Below are positions 7,657 through 16,139 of a DNA stretch of 64,000 nucleotides, piece after piece. The notes under the pieces were generated by a model. It was not told the DNA's origin. It saw nothing but the letters and a program-made list of their open reading frames with translations, and made no database searches. The first letter of the stretch is position 1, and each line of letters starts with the position of its first letter. The stretch covers positions 7,573 to 71,572 of the forward strand of contig CANQRV010000005.1 in assembly GCA_947626355.1 (NCBI GenBank). The letters run 5' to 3'. Position numbers and translations under genes: made by a program. This DNA comes from an uncultured Muribaculaceae bacterium. Lineage in GTDB: Bacteria > Bacteroidota > Bacteroidia > Bacteroidales > Muribaculaceae.

Positions 7657-9966
7657 ATGACGATCATCAGAACCTTAATCTTAATGGCAATGGCCGCCTC
7701 CATGGCGACCGCCACAGCCAAAAGCGACACGGAGAGCGCCAAGGTGCGCGACGTGATACGCAAGGTCAACGACCGCTGGCAGGCCACCCACAGCCCTGAA
7801 GCCACCCCATTCTGGCATGTGGCCGCCTACCACACCGGCAACATGGAGGCCTACCGCCTCACCGGCGATCCCCGCTATCTCGAGTATTCGGAGAAATGGG
7901 CCGAGCACAACAACTGGAGCGGCGCCACCTCCAACGACCGCAAGGAGTGGAAATACGACTACGGCGAAACCCCGCAGCACGTGCTTTTCGGCGACTGGCA
8001 GATCTGCTTCCAGACCTATGCCGACCTCTACAACCTGCTCCCCGACGACAGGCGCGTCAAGCGTGCCCGAGAGGTGATGGAATACGAGATGTCGACGCCT
8101 CAACGCGATTACTGGTGGTGGGCCGACGGCCTCTACATGGTGATGCCCGTGATGACAAAGCTCTACAACATCACCGGCAACACGCAGTATCTCGACAAGC
8201 TGACGGAGTATTTCGAGTATGCCGACAGCATAATGTATGACCCTGAGGAACACCTCTACTACCGCGACGCCAAATACGTCTATCCAAAGCACGAGAGCGT
8301 AAACGGAAAGAAGGACTTCTGGGCGCGTGGCGACGGCTGGGTGCTCGCCGGGCTGGCGAAGGTGCTCGCCGACATGCCCAACGACTACAAGAACCGCCCC
8401 CTCTTCGAGAAGCGATACAGGGAGCTGGCCGACGCGGTGGTGAAGAGCCAGCAGCCTGAGGGATACTGGACACGCTCGATACTCGATCCGGAGCATGCCC
8501 CCGGCCCGGAGACCTCAGGCACGGCATTCTTCACCTACGGCCTTCTGTGGGGCATCAACAACGGCTATCTAAAGGGTGAGAAATACATCAAGGCCGCCGA
8601 GAAGGGCTGGGACTACCTGAGCAAGACTGCACTCCAGAAGAACGGCGACGTTGGCTACGTGCAGCCTATCGGGGAGAAGGCCATTCCGGGACAGGTGGTC
8701 GACCGCAACTCGACCGCCGACTTCGGCACGGGCGCCTTCCTGCTGGCCGCCTGCGAGTATGTGCGCTTCCTTGAGAAGGAGAGCAACGCCGACCGCAAAT
8801 ACTGGACCGACCTGGCCTATCAGATCGCCTACCCGGTGCTATCCAACATGTCGCAGGGAAAGCTGAAGGAGAACATGCTCGTGGAGGTGAGCCCCAACTG
8901 GGACGGCCGCGACAAGGGAGTGACCTACATGGAGACGTTCGGACGCCTGATGGCCGGCATCGCGCCGTGGCTGTCGCTGCCCGACGACGACACCGAGGAG
9001 GGGAAGCTCCGCAAGGAGCTGCGTGAGATGGCGCTCAAGAGCTACGCCAACGCCGTCGACCCCGAGAGCCCCGACTATCTTCTCTGGCGCGGCCACGGCC
9101 AGGCGCTCGTCGACGCCGCATACGTCGCCGAGAGCTTCCTGCGCGCCTACGACGCCCTGTGGGTGCCCCTCGACGAGACCACCAAGAAGAGATATATCGA
9201 GGAGTTCACGCAGCTACGCCGCGTAGACCCTCCCTACACCAACTGGCTCCTCTTCTCCTCCACCATCGAGAGCCTGCTGGCCAAGGTCGGCGCCGAGTGT
9301 GACGAATACCGCGTCAACTCCGCCATACGCAAGACCGAGGAGTGGTACACCGGCGACGGCTGGTATGCCGACGGCCCGGAATTCTCGTTCGACTACTACA
9401 GCAGCTACGTCTTCCATCCGATGTATCTGGAGACGCTCCAGGCGATGAAGGACGCCGGACTCTACACCCGCATCCACTATCCGAAATACTACGACCGCGC
9501 GCTGAAACGCACGCAGAAGTTCAGCATCGTGCTCGAGCGGCTCATCTCCCCGGAAGGCACGTTCCCCGTCTTCGGGCGCTCCATCCCCTACCGCATGGCC
9601 ACGATGCAGCCGCTGGCGCTGATGGCCTGGTATGAGAAGCTGCCCGCCGGGCTCAGCAACGGCCAGGTGCGCAACGCGCTGACCTCTGTGATGCACTCGA
9701 TGTTTGACGGCAAGGAGAACTTCAACGAGAAGGGCTTCCTCACCATCGGCTTCGCAGGGCGCCAGCCCAACATAGCAGACTGGTACACCAACAACGGCAG
9801 CCTCTACATGACCTCCCTGGCCTTCCTGCCGCTCGGTCTGCCGGCCACACATCCGTTCTGGACCGACGCTCCGCTCCCCACCACCAACCAGAAGGCCTGG
9901 AGCGGCAAGCCGTTCCCGAAAGACCATCACTGGCGCGACGGCCAGAAGATCGGCGACCTCTTCTGA
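7657..9966 (+). CDS. GH105 (unsaturated glycuronyl hydrolase) fused to DUF2264 / GH154
   Basis: N-half has WWWADGLYM, FWARGDGWVLAG and ETSGTAFF motifs; C-half has ETFGRLMAGIAPWL, QALVDAAY, NWLLFS, WYADG, GRSIPYR and SLYMTS motifs; one signal peptide. Confidence 0.85.
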   Translation: MTIIRTLILMAMAASMATATAKSDTESAKVRDVIRKVNDRWQATHSPEATPFWHVAAYHTGNMEAYRLTGDPRYLEYSEKWAEHNNWSGATSNDRKEWKYDYGETPQHVLFGDWQICFQTYADLYNLLPDDRRVKRAREVMEYEMSTPQRDYWWWADGLYMVMPVMTKLYNITGNTQYLDKLTEYFEYADSIMYDPEEHLYYRDAKYVYPKHESVNGKKDFWARGDGWVLAGLAKVLADMPNDYKNRPLFEKRYRELADAVVKSQQPEGYWTRSILDPEHAPGPETSGTAFFTYGLLWGINNGYLKGEKYIKAAEKGWDYLSKTALQKNGDVGYVQPIGEKAIPGQVVDRNSTADFGTGAFLLAACEYVRFLEKESNADRKYWTDLAYQIAYPVLSNMSQGKLKENMLVEVSPNWDGRDKGVTYMETFGRLMAGIAPWLSLPDDDTEEGKLRKELREMALKSYANAVDPESPDYLLWRGHGQALVDAAYVAESFLRAYDALWVPLDETTKKRYIEEFTQLRRVDPPYTNWLLFSSTIESLLAKVGAECDEYRVNSAIRKTEEWYTGDGWYADGPEFSFDYYSSYVFHPMYLETLQAMKDAGLYTRIHYPKYYDRALKRTQKFSIVLERLISPEGTFPVFGRSIPYRMATMQPLALMAWYEKLPAGLSNGQVRNALTSVMHSMFDGKENFNEKGFLTIGFAGRQPNIADWYTNNGSLYMTSLAFLPLGLPATHPFWTDAPLPTTNQKAWSGKPFPKDHHWRDGQKIGDLF

Positions 9967-9977
9967 CAGAATGCAAA

Positions 9978-10024
9978 AGATAAAAAATCTCCGGAAGCCT
10001 CGGGCCTCCGGAGATTTTTTATCT
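9978..10024. terminator. Bidirectional intrinsic terminator
   Basis: Perfect 18-bp inverted repeat agataaaaaatctccgga / tccggagattttttatct between convergent genes. Confidence 0.9.
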
Positions 10025-10037
10025 AAACGTGCGCAGA

Positions 10038-11030
10038 TCAGTCGCGTTTCAGACGGGCTGCAAGCAGCGGTACAATCTTGTTGACGTCACCCACGATGCC
10101 GAGATCGGCAACGCTGAAGATGGGGGCGAACTTGTCTTTGTTGACGGCGATGATGAAGTCGCTCTCCTCCATGCCGGCGAGGTGCTGGATGGCACCGGAA
10201 ATGCCGAGTGCGAAATAGAGGTCGGGACGAACGGTCTTACCGGTCTGGCCCACCTGGCGGGCATGCTCGATATAGCCGGCGTCGACCATGGCACGTGAGG
10301 CTGAAACCTCGGCGCCGATCGTCCCGGCGAGGTCGCGGAGCTTGTCGAAGCCAGCGGAGCCTACGCCGCGGCCGCCCGAAACGAGCACCTTGGCCTCGGT
10401 GATGTCGACGAGGTTCTTCGTCTCCTTCACACGCTCCTTCACCCTGACGCGGAACTTGGCGGGGTTGAAGTCGATCTTCACGTTCTCCACCTCACCCTTG
10501 CGCGACTCGTCGGCCGGCGACATGCGCATCACGCCAGGACGCACCGTCGACATCTGGGGGCGATGCTCCTTGCAGACGATGGTGGCCATAAGGTTGCCGC
10601 CGAAGGCGGGACGCGTCATGAGCAGATCGCGGTCGTCGGATATCTCGAGGGCCGTGCAGTCGGCGGTCAGGCCGGTGCCCACGCGGGCGGAGAGCCTCGG
10701 GCCGAGGTCGCGGCCTATAGTCGTGGCGCCGAAGAGCACGATGCTCGGCTTGCGCTCACGGATGATCTGATGGATAGCCTGCGCGTAGGGCTCCGTGGTG
10801 TAGTGCTCAAGCTCGGGAGCGTCTACATTGAGCACCACGTCGGCGCCGTGGGCGATACACTGCTGCGCGGCATCGCCCAGATTGTGGCCGAGAAGCACAG
10901 CCACCACCTTTTCGCCGAGCTTGTCGGCAAGCTCGCGGGCCTTGCCGAGAAGCTCGAAGGCAACGTTTTGCACCTTCCCGTCTCTCTGCTCGGCAAATAC
11001 ATATACGTCTTTATAATCGTTCTTGTCCAT
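10038..11030 (-). CDS. etfA: Electron transfer flavoprotein alpha subunit
   Basis: GLTADCT, RPAFGGN, QVGQTGKTVRP and GISGAIQHLAGM motifs; start at MDKNDY. Confidence 0.95.
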   Translation of the reverse strand: MDKNDYKDVYVFAEQRDGKVQNVAFELLGKARELADKLGEKVVAVLLGHNLGDAAQQCIAHGADVVLNVDAPELEHYTTEPYAQAIHQIIRERKPSIVLFGATTIGRDLGPRLSARVGTGLTADCTALEISDDRDLLMTRPAFGGNLMATIVCKEHRPQMSTVRPGVMRMSPADESRKGEVENVKIDFNPAKFRVRVKERVKETKNLVDITEAKVLVSGGRGVGSAGFDKLRDLAGTIGAEVSASRAMVDAGYIEHARQVGQTGKTVRPDLYFALGISGAIQHLAGMEESDFIIAVNKDKFAPIFSVADLGIVGDVNKIVPLLAARLKRD

Positions 11031-11043
11031 AGCTGTGTCGGCG

Positions 11044-11826
11044 TTAGATGATGAATTTTTCGCGGAGTTTGGCAAGGATGATCTCCACAGCCTCCTCGGG
11101 CTCCACCTCGTAGAGCTGGCCGGGAGCCTTCATGCCCTTGGCAAACGACTTGGCCACCCTTGTGGGGGAGCCGTTGAGACCGATTGTGGCGGGGTCGACC
11201 TCCACGCTGTCGAAGTTCCATACCTCCACGGGGCGGTCGTAGGCCTCCACGATGCCTCTCACCGACATGTAGCGGGGCTTCACGCCGGAAGCGAGGGCGG
11301 TGACGAGGGCCGGAGCGTCGACCTCGATCACCTGATAGCCGTCTTCATCGGCTTTCTTCACGGTGAATGTCTTGTCGCCGTCAAACTCGAGCGACTCGGC
11401 GTATGTCACCTGCGGAAGGTCGAGGTGCTCGGCAATCTGGGGGCCTACCTGCGCTGTGTCGCCGTCGATGGCCTGACGGCCGGTGATCACCAGGTCATAG
11501 TCGAGCTTGCGGAGGGCTGCGGCGATGGTGCGCGACGTGGCGAGGGTGTCGGCGCCGCCAAACTTACGGTCGCTGAGGAGGATGGCGCGGTCGACGCCCA
11601 TGGCGTAGGCCTCGCGGAGGATCTCCTCGGCCTGAGGGGGCCCCATGGTGATGACCGTCACATTGGCGCCGTATTTATCTTTGAGACGCAACGCGAATTC
11701 GAGACCGCCCTTGTCGTCGGGGTTCATGATGCTCGGCACGCCGTCGCGGATCAGAGTGCCTTTCACCGGGTCGAGCTTGATCTCGGTGGTGTCGGGCACC
11801 TGTTTGATACATACCACTATATTCAT
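11044..11826 (-). CDS. etfB: Electron transfer flavoprotein beta subunit
   Basis: VCIKQVPDT, GADTLATS and QAIDGDTAQVGP motifs. Confidence 0.95.
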   Translation of the reverse strand: MNIVVCIKQVPDTTEIKLDPVKGTLIRDGVPSIMNPDDKGGLEFALRLKDKYGANVTVITMGPPQAEEILREAYAMGVDRAILLSDRKFGGADTLATSRTIAAALRKLDYDLVITGRQAIDGDTAQVGPQIAEHLDLPQVTYAESLEFDGDKTFTVKKADEDGYQVIEVDAPALVTALASGVKPRYMSVRGIVEAYDRPVEVWNFDSVEVDPATIGLNGSPTRVAKSFAKGMKAPGQLYEVEPEEAVEIILAKLREKFII

Positions 11827-11847
11827 GATGTGATTGTTTTTGCTTGA

Positions 11848-12987
11848 TTATTTGAATAACTGGCCTGCGATCACCATGCGCTGCACCTCGGAGGTGCCCT
11901 CATAGATCTCTGTGATCTTGGCGTCGCGCATCATTCTCTCGACGGGATACTCGCGGGTGTAGCCGTAGCCGCCGTGATACTGCACGGCCTTTGTGGTCAT
12001 CTCCATGGCTGTCTCGGCGGCGAAGAGCTTGGCCATCGCGGCATCGGCGCTGTAGGGGACCTTGGCGTCTTCCTTCCAGGCGGCGCGGCGCACGAGCAGA
12101 CGGGAGGCCTGGATGCGGGTCTCCATGTCGGCGAGCTGGAACTGCATGTTCTGGAACTTTGCGAGGGCCCTGCCGAACTGCTTGCGCTCCTTGAGGTAGG
12201 AGACAGTCTCGTCCATGGCACCCTGGGCGATGCCGAGGGCCTGGGAGGCGATGCCGATACGGCCGCCGTCGAGGGTCCACATGGCAACCTTGAAGCCTTT
12301 GCCCTCCTGGTCGAGGAGGTTCTCGGCGGGCACGATGCAGTTTTCCATGATGAGCTCGCATGTGGCGGAGCCCCGGATACCCATCTTCTTCTCCTTCTTG
12401 CCGACGGAGAATCCCGGGAAATCCTTCTCCACGATAAAGGCGGAGATGCCCTTTGTGCCCTTGCTCTTGTCGGTCATGGCCATGATGATGTAGACACTGG
12501 CGTAACCGGCGTTGGTGATGAATATCTTGGAACCGTTGAGCACGTAGTGGTCGCCCTCCCTCACGGCAGTGGTCTGCTGTGCGGAGGCGTCGGTGCCGGC
12601 GTTGGGCTCTGTGAGGCCGAAGGCGCCGATCCACTCACCCGAAGCGAGCTTCGGAAGGTATTTCTCTTTCTGCTCCTTTGTGCCGAAATGCATGATCGGG
12701 GCCACGCAGAGCGATGTGTGGGCGGAGAGAATCACGCCGGTTGTGGCACAGACGCGCGAGAGCTCCTCTACAGCCATTGTGTAGAGCACATTATTGCCGC
12801 CGGCTCCCCCGTACTCCACAGGCACGGGAATGCCCATGAGGCCGAGCTTGGCCATCTTCTCCACCGTCTCCATCGGGAAGCGTTCCGTCTCGTCGATCTC
12901 GGCGGCCAGAGGCTTCACCTCCTTGTCGGCGAATTCCCTGATCATCTGAAGAAACAGACGGTCGGTTTTAGTCAGACTGAAATCCAT
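11848..12987 (-). CDS. bcd: Butyryl-CoA dehydrogenase
   Basis: FGLTEPNAGTDA, NGSKIFITN, RKQFG and KITEIYEGTSEVQR motifs; adjacent to etfBA. Confidence 0.93.
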   Translation of the reverse strand: MDFSLTKTDRLFLQMIREFADKEVKPLAAEIDETERFPMETVEKMAKLGLMGIPVPVEYGGAGGNNVLYTMAVEELSRVCATTGVILSAHTSLCVAPIMHFGTKEQKEKYLPKLASGEWIGAFGLTEPNAGTDASAQQTTAVREGDHYVLNGSKIFITNAGYASVYIIMAMTDKSKGTKGISAFIVEKDFPGFSVGKKEKKMGIRGSATCELIMENCIVPAENLLDQEGKGFKVAMWTLDGGRIGIASQALGIAQGAMDETVSYLKERKQFGRALAKFQNMQFQLADMETRIQASRLLVRRAAWKEDAKVPYSADAAMAKLFAAETAMEMTTKAVQYHGGYGYTREYPVERMMRDAKITEIYEGTSEVQRMVIAGQLFK

Positions 12988-13014
12988 TGAAGTGTATTGT
13001 TGTGATTGTTGTTT

Positions 13015-13863
13015 TTAGTATTTATAGAAACCCTCACCGGTCTTTCTGCCGAGAAGATTGGCGCGCACCATCTTGCGGAGCAGGGGGTGGGGACGGTATT
13101 TGTCGTCGCCGAACTCGGAATGGAGCACTTCCATGATGGCGAGGCATACGTCGAGGCCTATGAGGTCGCCGAGAGCGAGAGGCCCCATGGGATGATTGGC
13201 GCCGAGCTTCATGGCGTTGTCGATGTCGTCGCGCGAGGCCACGCCGTCGGCGAGGATGCCCACAGCCTCGTTGATCATCGGGATAAGCACGCGGTTGACT
13301 ACGAAGCCGGGGGCCTCGTTGACCTCCACAGGCACCTTGCCGATGGCGGTGCAGAGGGCCGACACGGCGTCGAAGACCTCATCCGATGTCTTCTGGCCGC
13401 GGATCACCTCCACAAGCTTCATCACGGGAGCGGGGTTGAAGAAGTGCATGCCGATCACCTTATCGGAGCGCTTGGTGGCGGCGCCGATGGCGGTGATGGA
13501 GAGCGACGAGGAGTTGGTGGCGAGCACAGCCTCGGGCTTGCAGAGGCCGTCGAGCATCGCGAAGAGCTCGAGCTTGAGGTCAAGGCTCTCGACAGCAGCC
13601 TCGATCACGAGGTCGGAGTCGGCGATGTCGGCGTAGTCGCAGGTGAGGGTGATGTTGGCGAGCACGGCGTCCATTGCGGCCTGCTCCATCTTGCCCTTCT
13701 CCACGAGGCGTGCGAGCGACTTTGTGATCTTGCCCATGGCCTTGGCGTTGGAGGCCTCGCTGCGGCTCTTCATCGTCACCTTGCGGCCGGCCTGGGCGAA
13801 GGCCTGCACGATGCCGGCACCCATAGTGCCTGTGCCTATCACTGAAATTTTCTCTATATTCAT
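13015..13863 (-). CDS. hbd: 3-hydroxybutyryl-CoA dehydrogenase
   Basis: GTGTMGAG, TNSSSLSIT, GMHFFNP, PGFVVNR and HPMGPLALGDLIGLD motifs. Confidence 0.95.
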   Translation of the reverse strand: MNIEKISVIGTGTMGAGIVQAFAQAGRKVTMKSRSEASNAKAMGKITKSLARLVEKGKMEQAAMDAVLANITLTCDYADIADSDLVIEAAVESLDLKLELFAMLDGLCKPEAVLATNSSSLSITAIGAATKRSDKVIGMHFFNPAPVMKLVEVIRGQKTSDEVFDAVSALCTAIGKVPVEVNEAPGFVVNRVLIPMINEAVGILADGVASRDDIDNAMKLGANHPMGPLALGDLIGLDVCLAIMEVLHSEFGDDKYRPHPLLRKMVRANLLGRKTGEGFYKY

Positions 13864-13871
13864 GAGTCGGA

Positions 13872-14651
13872 TTATTTATTCTTAAACATAGGTTTTCTTT
13901 TGCCGAGGAATGCCTGCATCCCCTCTTTCTGGTCGTCGGTGGCGAAGCAGTCGGAGAATGCACGGTTCTCGAAGGCGAGTGCCCCGGCCTCGTCGAGATC
14001 GTAGGAAGCGTTGATGCATTCCTTTGCCTTGCGCACGGCCACCGGGGCGTTGGCGGCTATGTCGGCGGCGAGCGCCATCACGAAGTCCATCAGCTCCTCG
14101 GGAGGAAGCACATGGTTGACCAGGCCGATCCTCAGGGCCTCGTCAGCCTTGATGACGCGGCCCGAATATATCATCTCCTTGGCGTAGCCCTGCCCCACAA
14201 GCTTCGCGAGGCGGTAGGTGCCGGAGAAGCCGGGCACGATGCCTAGCTTCACCTCGGGCTGTCCGAACTTGGCGTTGGCGGATGCCACGCGGATGTCGCA
14301 GGCCATGGCGAGCTCGCAGCCGCCGCCGAGGGCGAAGCCGTTGACAGCCGCGATCACGGGAATGGGGAGCTCCTCTATCCTGCGGAAGACAGCAGCTCCG
14401 AATCGCCCGAAGTCGAGTCCCTGCTCCGGGCTGAAGGGAGCCATCTGCGAGATGTCGGCGCCGGCCACAAACGACTTGGGGCCGGCCCCGCGCACCACCA
14501 TCACCTTCGCCTCGGCGGGGACAGCGCCAACGAAAGCGTCGAGCTCCTCGAGGATCTCGCGGCTCAGGGCGTTGAGGGTGGCCGGAGCGGAGATCTCGAG
14601 CGTCAGTATGCCTTCGGGCGAGAGCTCATGGTTGAGAAAGCGGTAGTCCAT
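13872..14651 (-). CDS. crt: Crotonase (short-chain enoyl-CoA hydratase)
   Basis: FVAGADI, GFALGGGCELAMACDIR and FGQPEVKLG motifs. Confidence 0.92.
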   Translation of the reverse strand: MDYRFLNHELSPEGILTLEISAPATLNALSREILEELDAFVGAVPAEAKVMVVRGAGPKSFVAGADISQMAPFSPEQGLDFGRFGAAVFRRIEELPIPVIAAVNGFALGGGCELAMACDIRVASANAKFGQPEVKLGIVPGFSGTYRLAKLVGQGYAKEMIYSGRVIKADEALRIGLVNHVLPPEELMDFVMALAADIAANAPVAVRKAKECINASYDLDEAGALAFENRAFSDCFATDDQKEGMQAFLGKRKPMFKNK

Positions 14652-14657
14652 GGCGTG

Positions 14658-15314
14658 TCAGCACATTTTGCCGAGGTTCTCGGCCACCTTGAGCGTAGCG
14701 CCTGTGGCTTCCTTCACCTGGTCGACAGTGAATTCGGGATTGATCTCGGCGAGCACGAGGCCGTCGGGAGTCACCTCGATGACGCCCATCTCCGTGATGA
14801 TGAGGTTGACGGCACCGGCAGCCGTGAGCGGCAGAGTACACTCTTCGAGAATCTTATGGTTGCCCTTGGCGGTGTGTTCCATTGCGAGGATCACGCGCCT
14901 GGCGCCTGCGAGGAGGTCCATAGCTCCGCCCATGCCGGGAGTCTTCTTGCCGGGGATACACCAGTTGGCGAGATTGCCTTTGGCGTCGGTCTGGAGGGCG
15001 CCGAGCACAGTGACGTCGACATGTCCGCCCCTGACATAGCCGAAAGAGGTAGCGCTGTCGAACGTGGCGGCTCCGGGGAGACCGGAAGTGAAGGCACCGC
15101 CTGCGTCGGTGTATTCGGGATCCTCCTCACCCTCGGCGGGACGGGGACCCATGCCGAGAAGTCCGTTCTCGGAGTGGATGGTGACGTGCACTCCCTCCGG
15201 AAGGTAGTTGGGAATCAGCGTCGGGAGGCCGATGCCGAGATTCACCACATAACCGTCGCGCAGCTCCTTGGCGGCACGGCGGGCGATAGTCTCTCTGATC
15301 TGCTGTTTGTCCAT
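14658..15314 (-). CDS. atoA: Butyrate:acetoacetate CoA-transferase, beta subunit
   Basis: NLGIGLPT, HSENG (catalytic Glu), RGGHVD, GNLANW and GMGGAMDL motifs. Confidence 0.92.
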   Translation of the reverse strand: MDKQQIRETIARRAAKELRDGYVVNLGIGLPTLIPNYLPEGVHVTIHSENGLLGMGPRPAEGEEDPEYTDAGGAFTSGLPGAATFDSATSFGYVRGGHVDVTVLGALQTDAKGNLANWCIPGKKTPGMGGAMDLLAGARRVILAMEHTAKGNHKILEECTLPLTAAGAVNLIITEMGVIEVTPDGLVLAEINPEFTVDQVKEATGATLKVAENLGKMC

Positions 15315-15347
15315 TATGTTTTTCAATTAGTTATTAGTTTTCAGTCA

Positions 15348-16139
15348 TCATTTGGAATGCTGGCGACGGTCGAACTCCTGCGCGATGAAGGAGGCGACGT
15401 CGTCGGCGTATGTGTTCATGCCGAAACCGGCGTCGTAGCCGAGCTCCTTTGCCAGCTCGTGGGAGATGCGCGCGCCGCCGCAGACGATAATCATCTTGTC
15501 GCGGAGGCCCTCAGCCTCAAGAAGCTCCACGAGCTCCACCATGTTGTGGATGTGTACGTCTTTCTGGGTGACTGTCTGCGACACGAGGAGGGCATCGGCG
15601 CCGAGCTCCACTGCCCTGGCGATAAACTCGTCGTTGGGCACCTGGCTGCCGAGGTTGTGGGCCTCGAACATCTCGTATCGCTCGAGTCCGTAGTGGCCGG
15701 CGAAGCCCTTCATGTTCATGATGGCGTCGATGCCTACGGTGTGGGCGTCGGTGCCGGTGCTGGCGCCGACCACCACCAGCGGGCGTCCGATGTGCTCGCG
15801 GATGAAGTCGTCGGTCTGCTGCATATCCCATTTGGTGCCCTCCACCTTGGGCACGTGGATGCCGGTGTAGTCGACGGTGTGGGTGCAGCTGCCGTAGCAG
15901 TTGAAGAAAGTGAAGCCCTCGGTGAGCTCCTTATGGTAGACGATGAGTGGATTCTCGAATCCCATCTTGCGCATCAGCTGCTTGGCCGCTTCCACGGCCT
16001 CGTCGCCTGCGGGCACAGGGAGGGTGAAGCTGACCTGGGTCTTGCCGTCGTTCATGGTGTCGCCGTAGGGCTTCACGGCTTTCAGGTCGAGCGTCTTGTC
16101 GAAATCTTTTTTCTCGGTTGAATACAGGCCTTCGCTCAT
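15348..16139 (-). CDS. kamE: Lysine 5,6-aminomutase beta subunit (B12-binding)
   Basis: PYGDTMNDGKTQVSFTLP; DAHTVGIDAIMNMKG (B12-ligating His, PLP Lys); SQTVTQK. Confidence 0.97.
   Translation of the reverse strand: MSEGLYSTEKKDFDKTLDLKAVKPYGDTMNDGKTQVSFTLPVPAGDEAVEAAKQLMRKMGFENPLIVYHKELTEGFTFFNCYGSCTHTVDYTGIHVPKVEGTKWDMQQTDDFIREHIGRPLVVVGASTGTDAHTVGIDAIMNMKGFAGHYGLERYEMFEAHNLGSQVPNDEFIARAVELGADALLVSQTVTQKDVHIHNMVELVELLEAEGLRDKMIIVCGGARISHELAKELGYDAGFGMNTYADDVASFIAQEFDRRQHSK

Noticed and set aside
7657-9966. GH105-GH154 fusion as one more deletion scar
   Set aside because: Both domains look complete and the linker is clean, so a stable fusion is favoured; a homologue search is still needed
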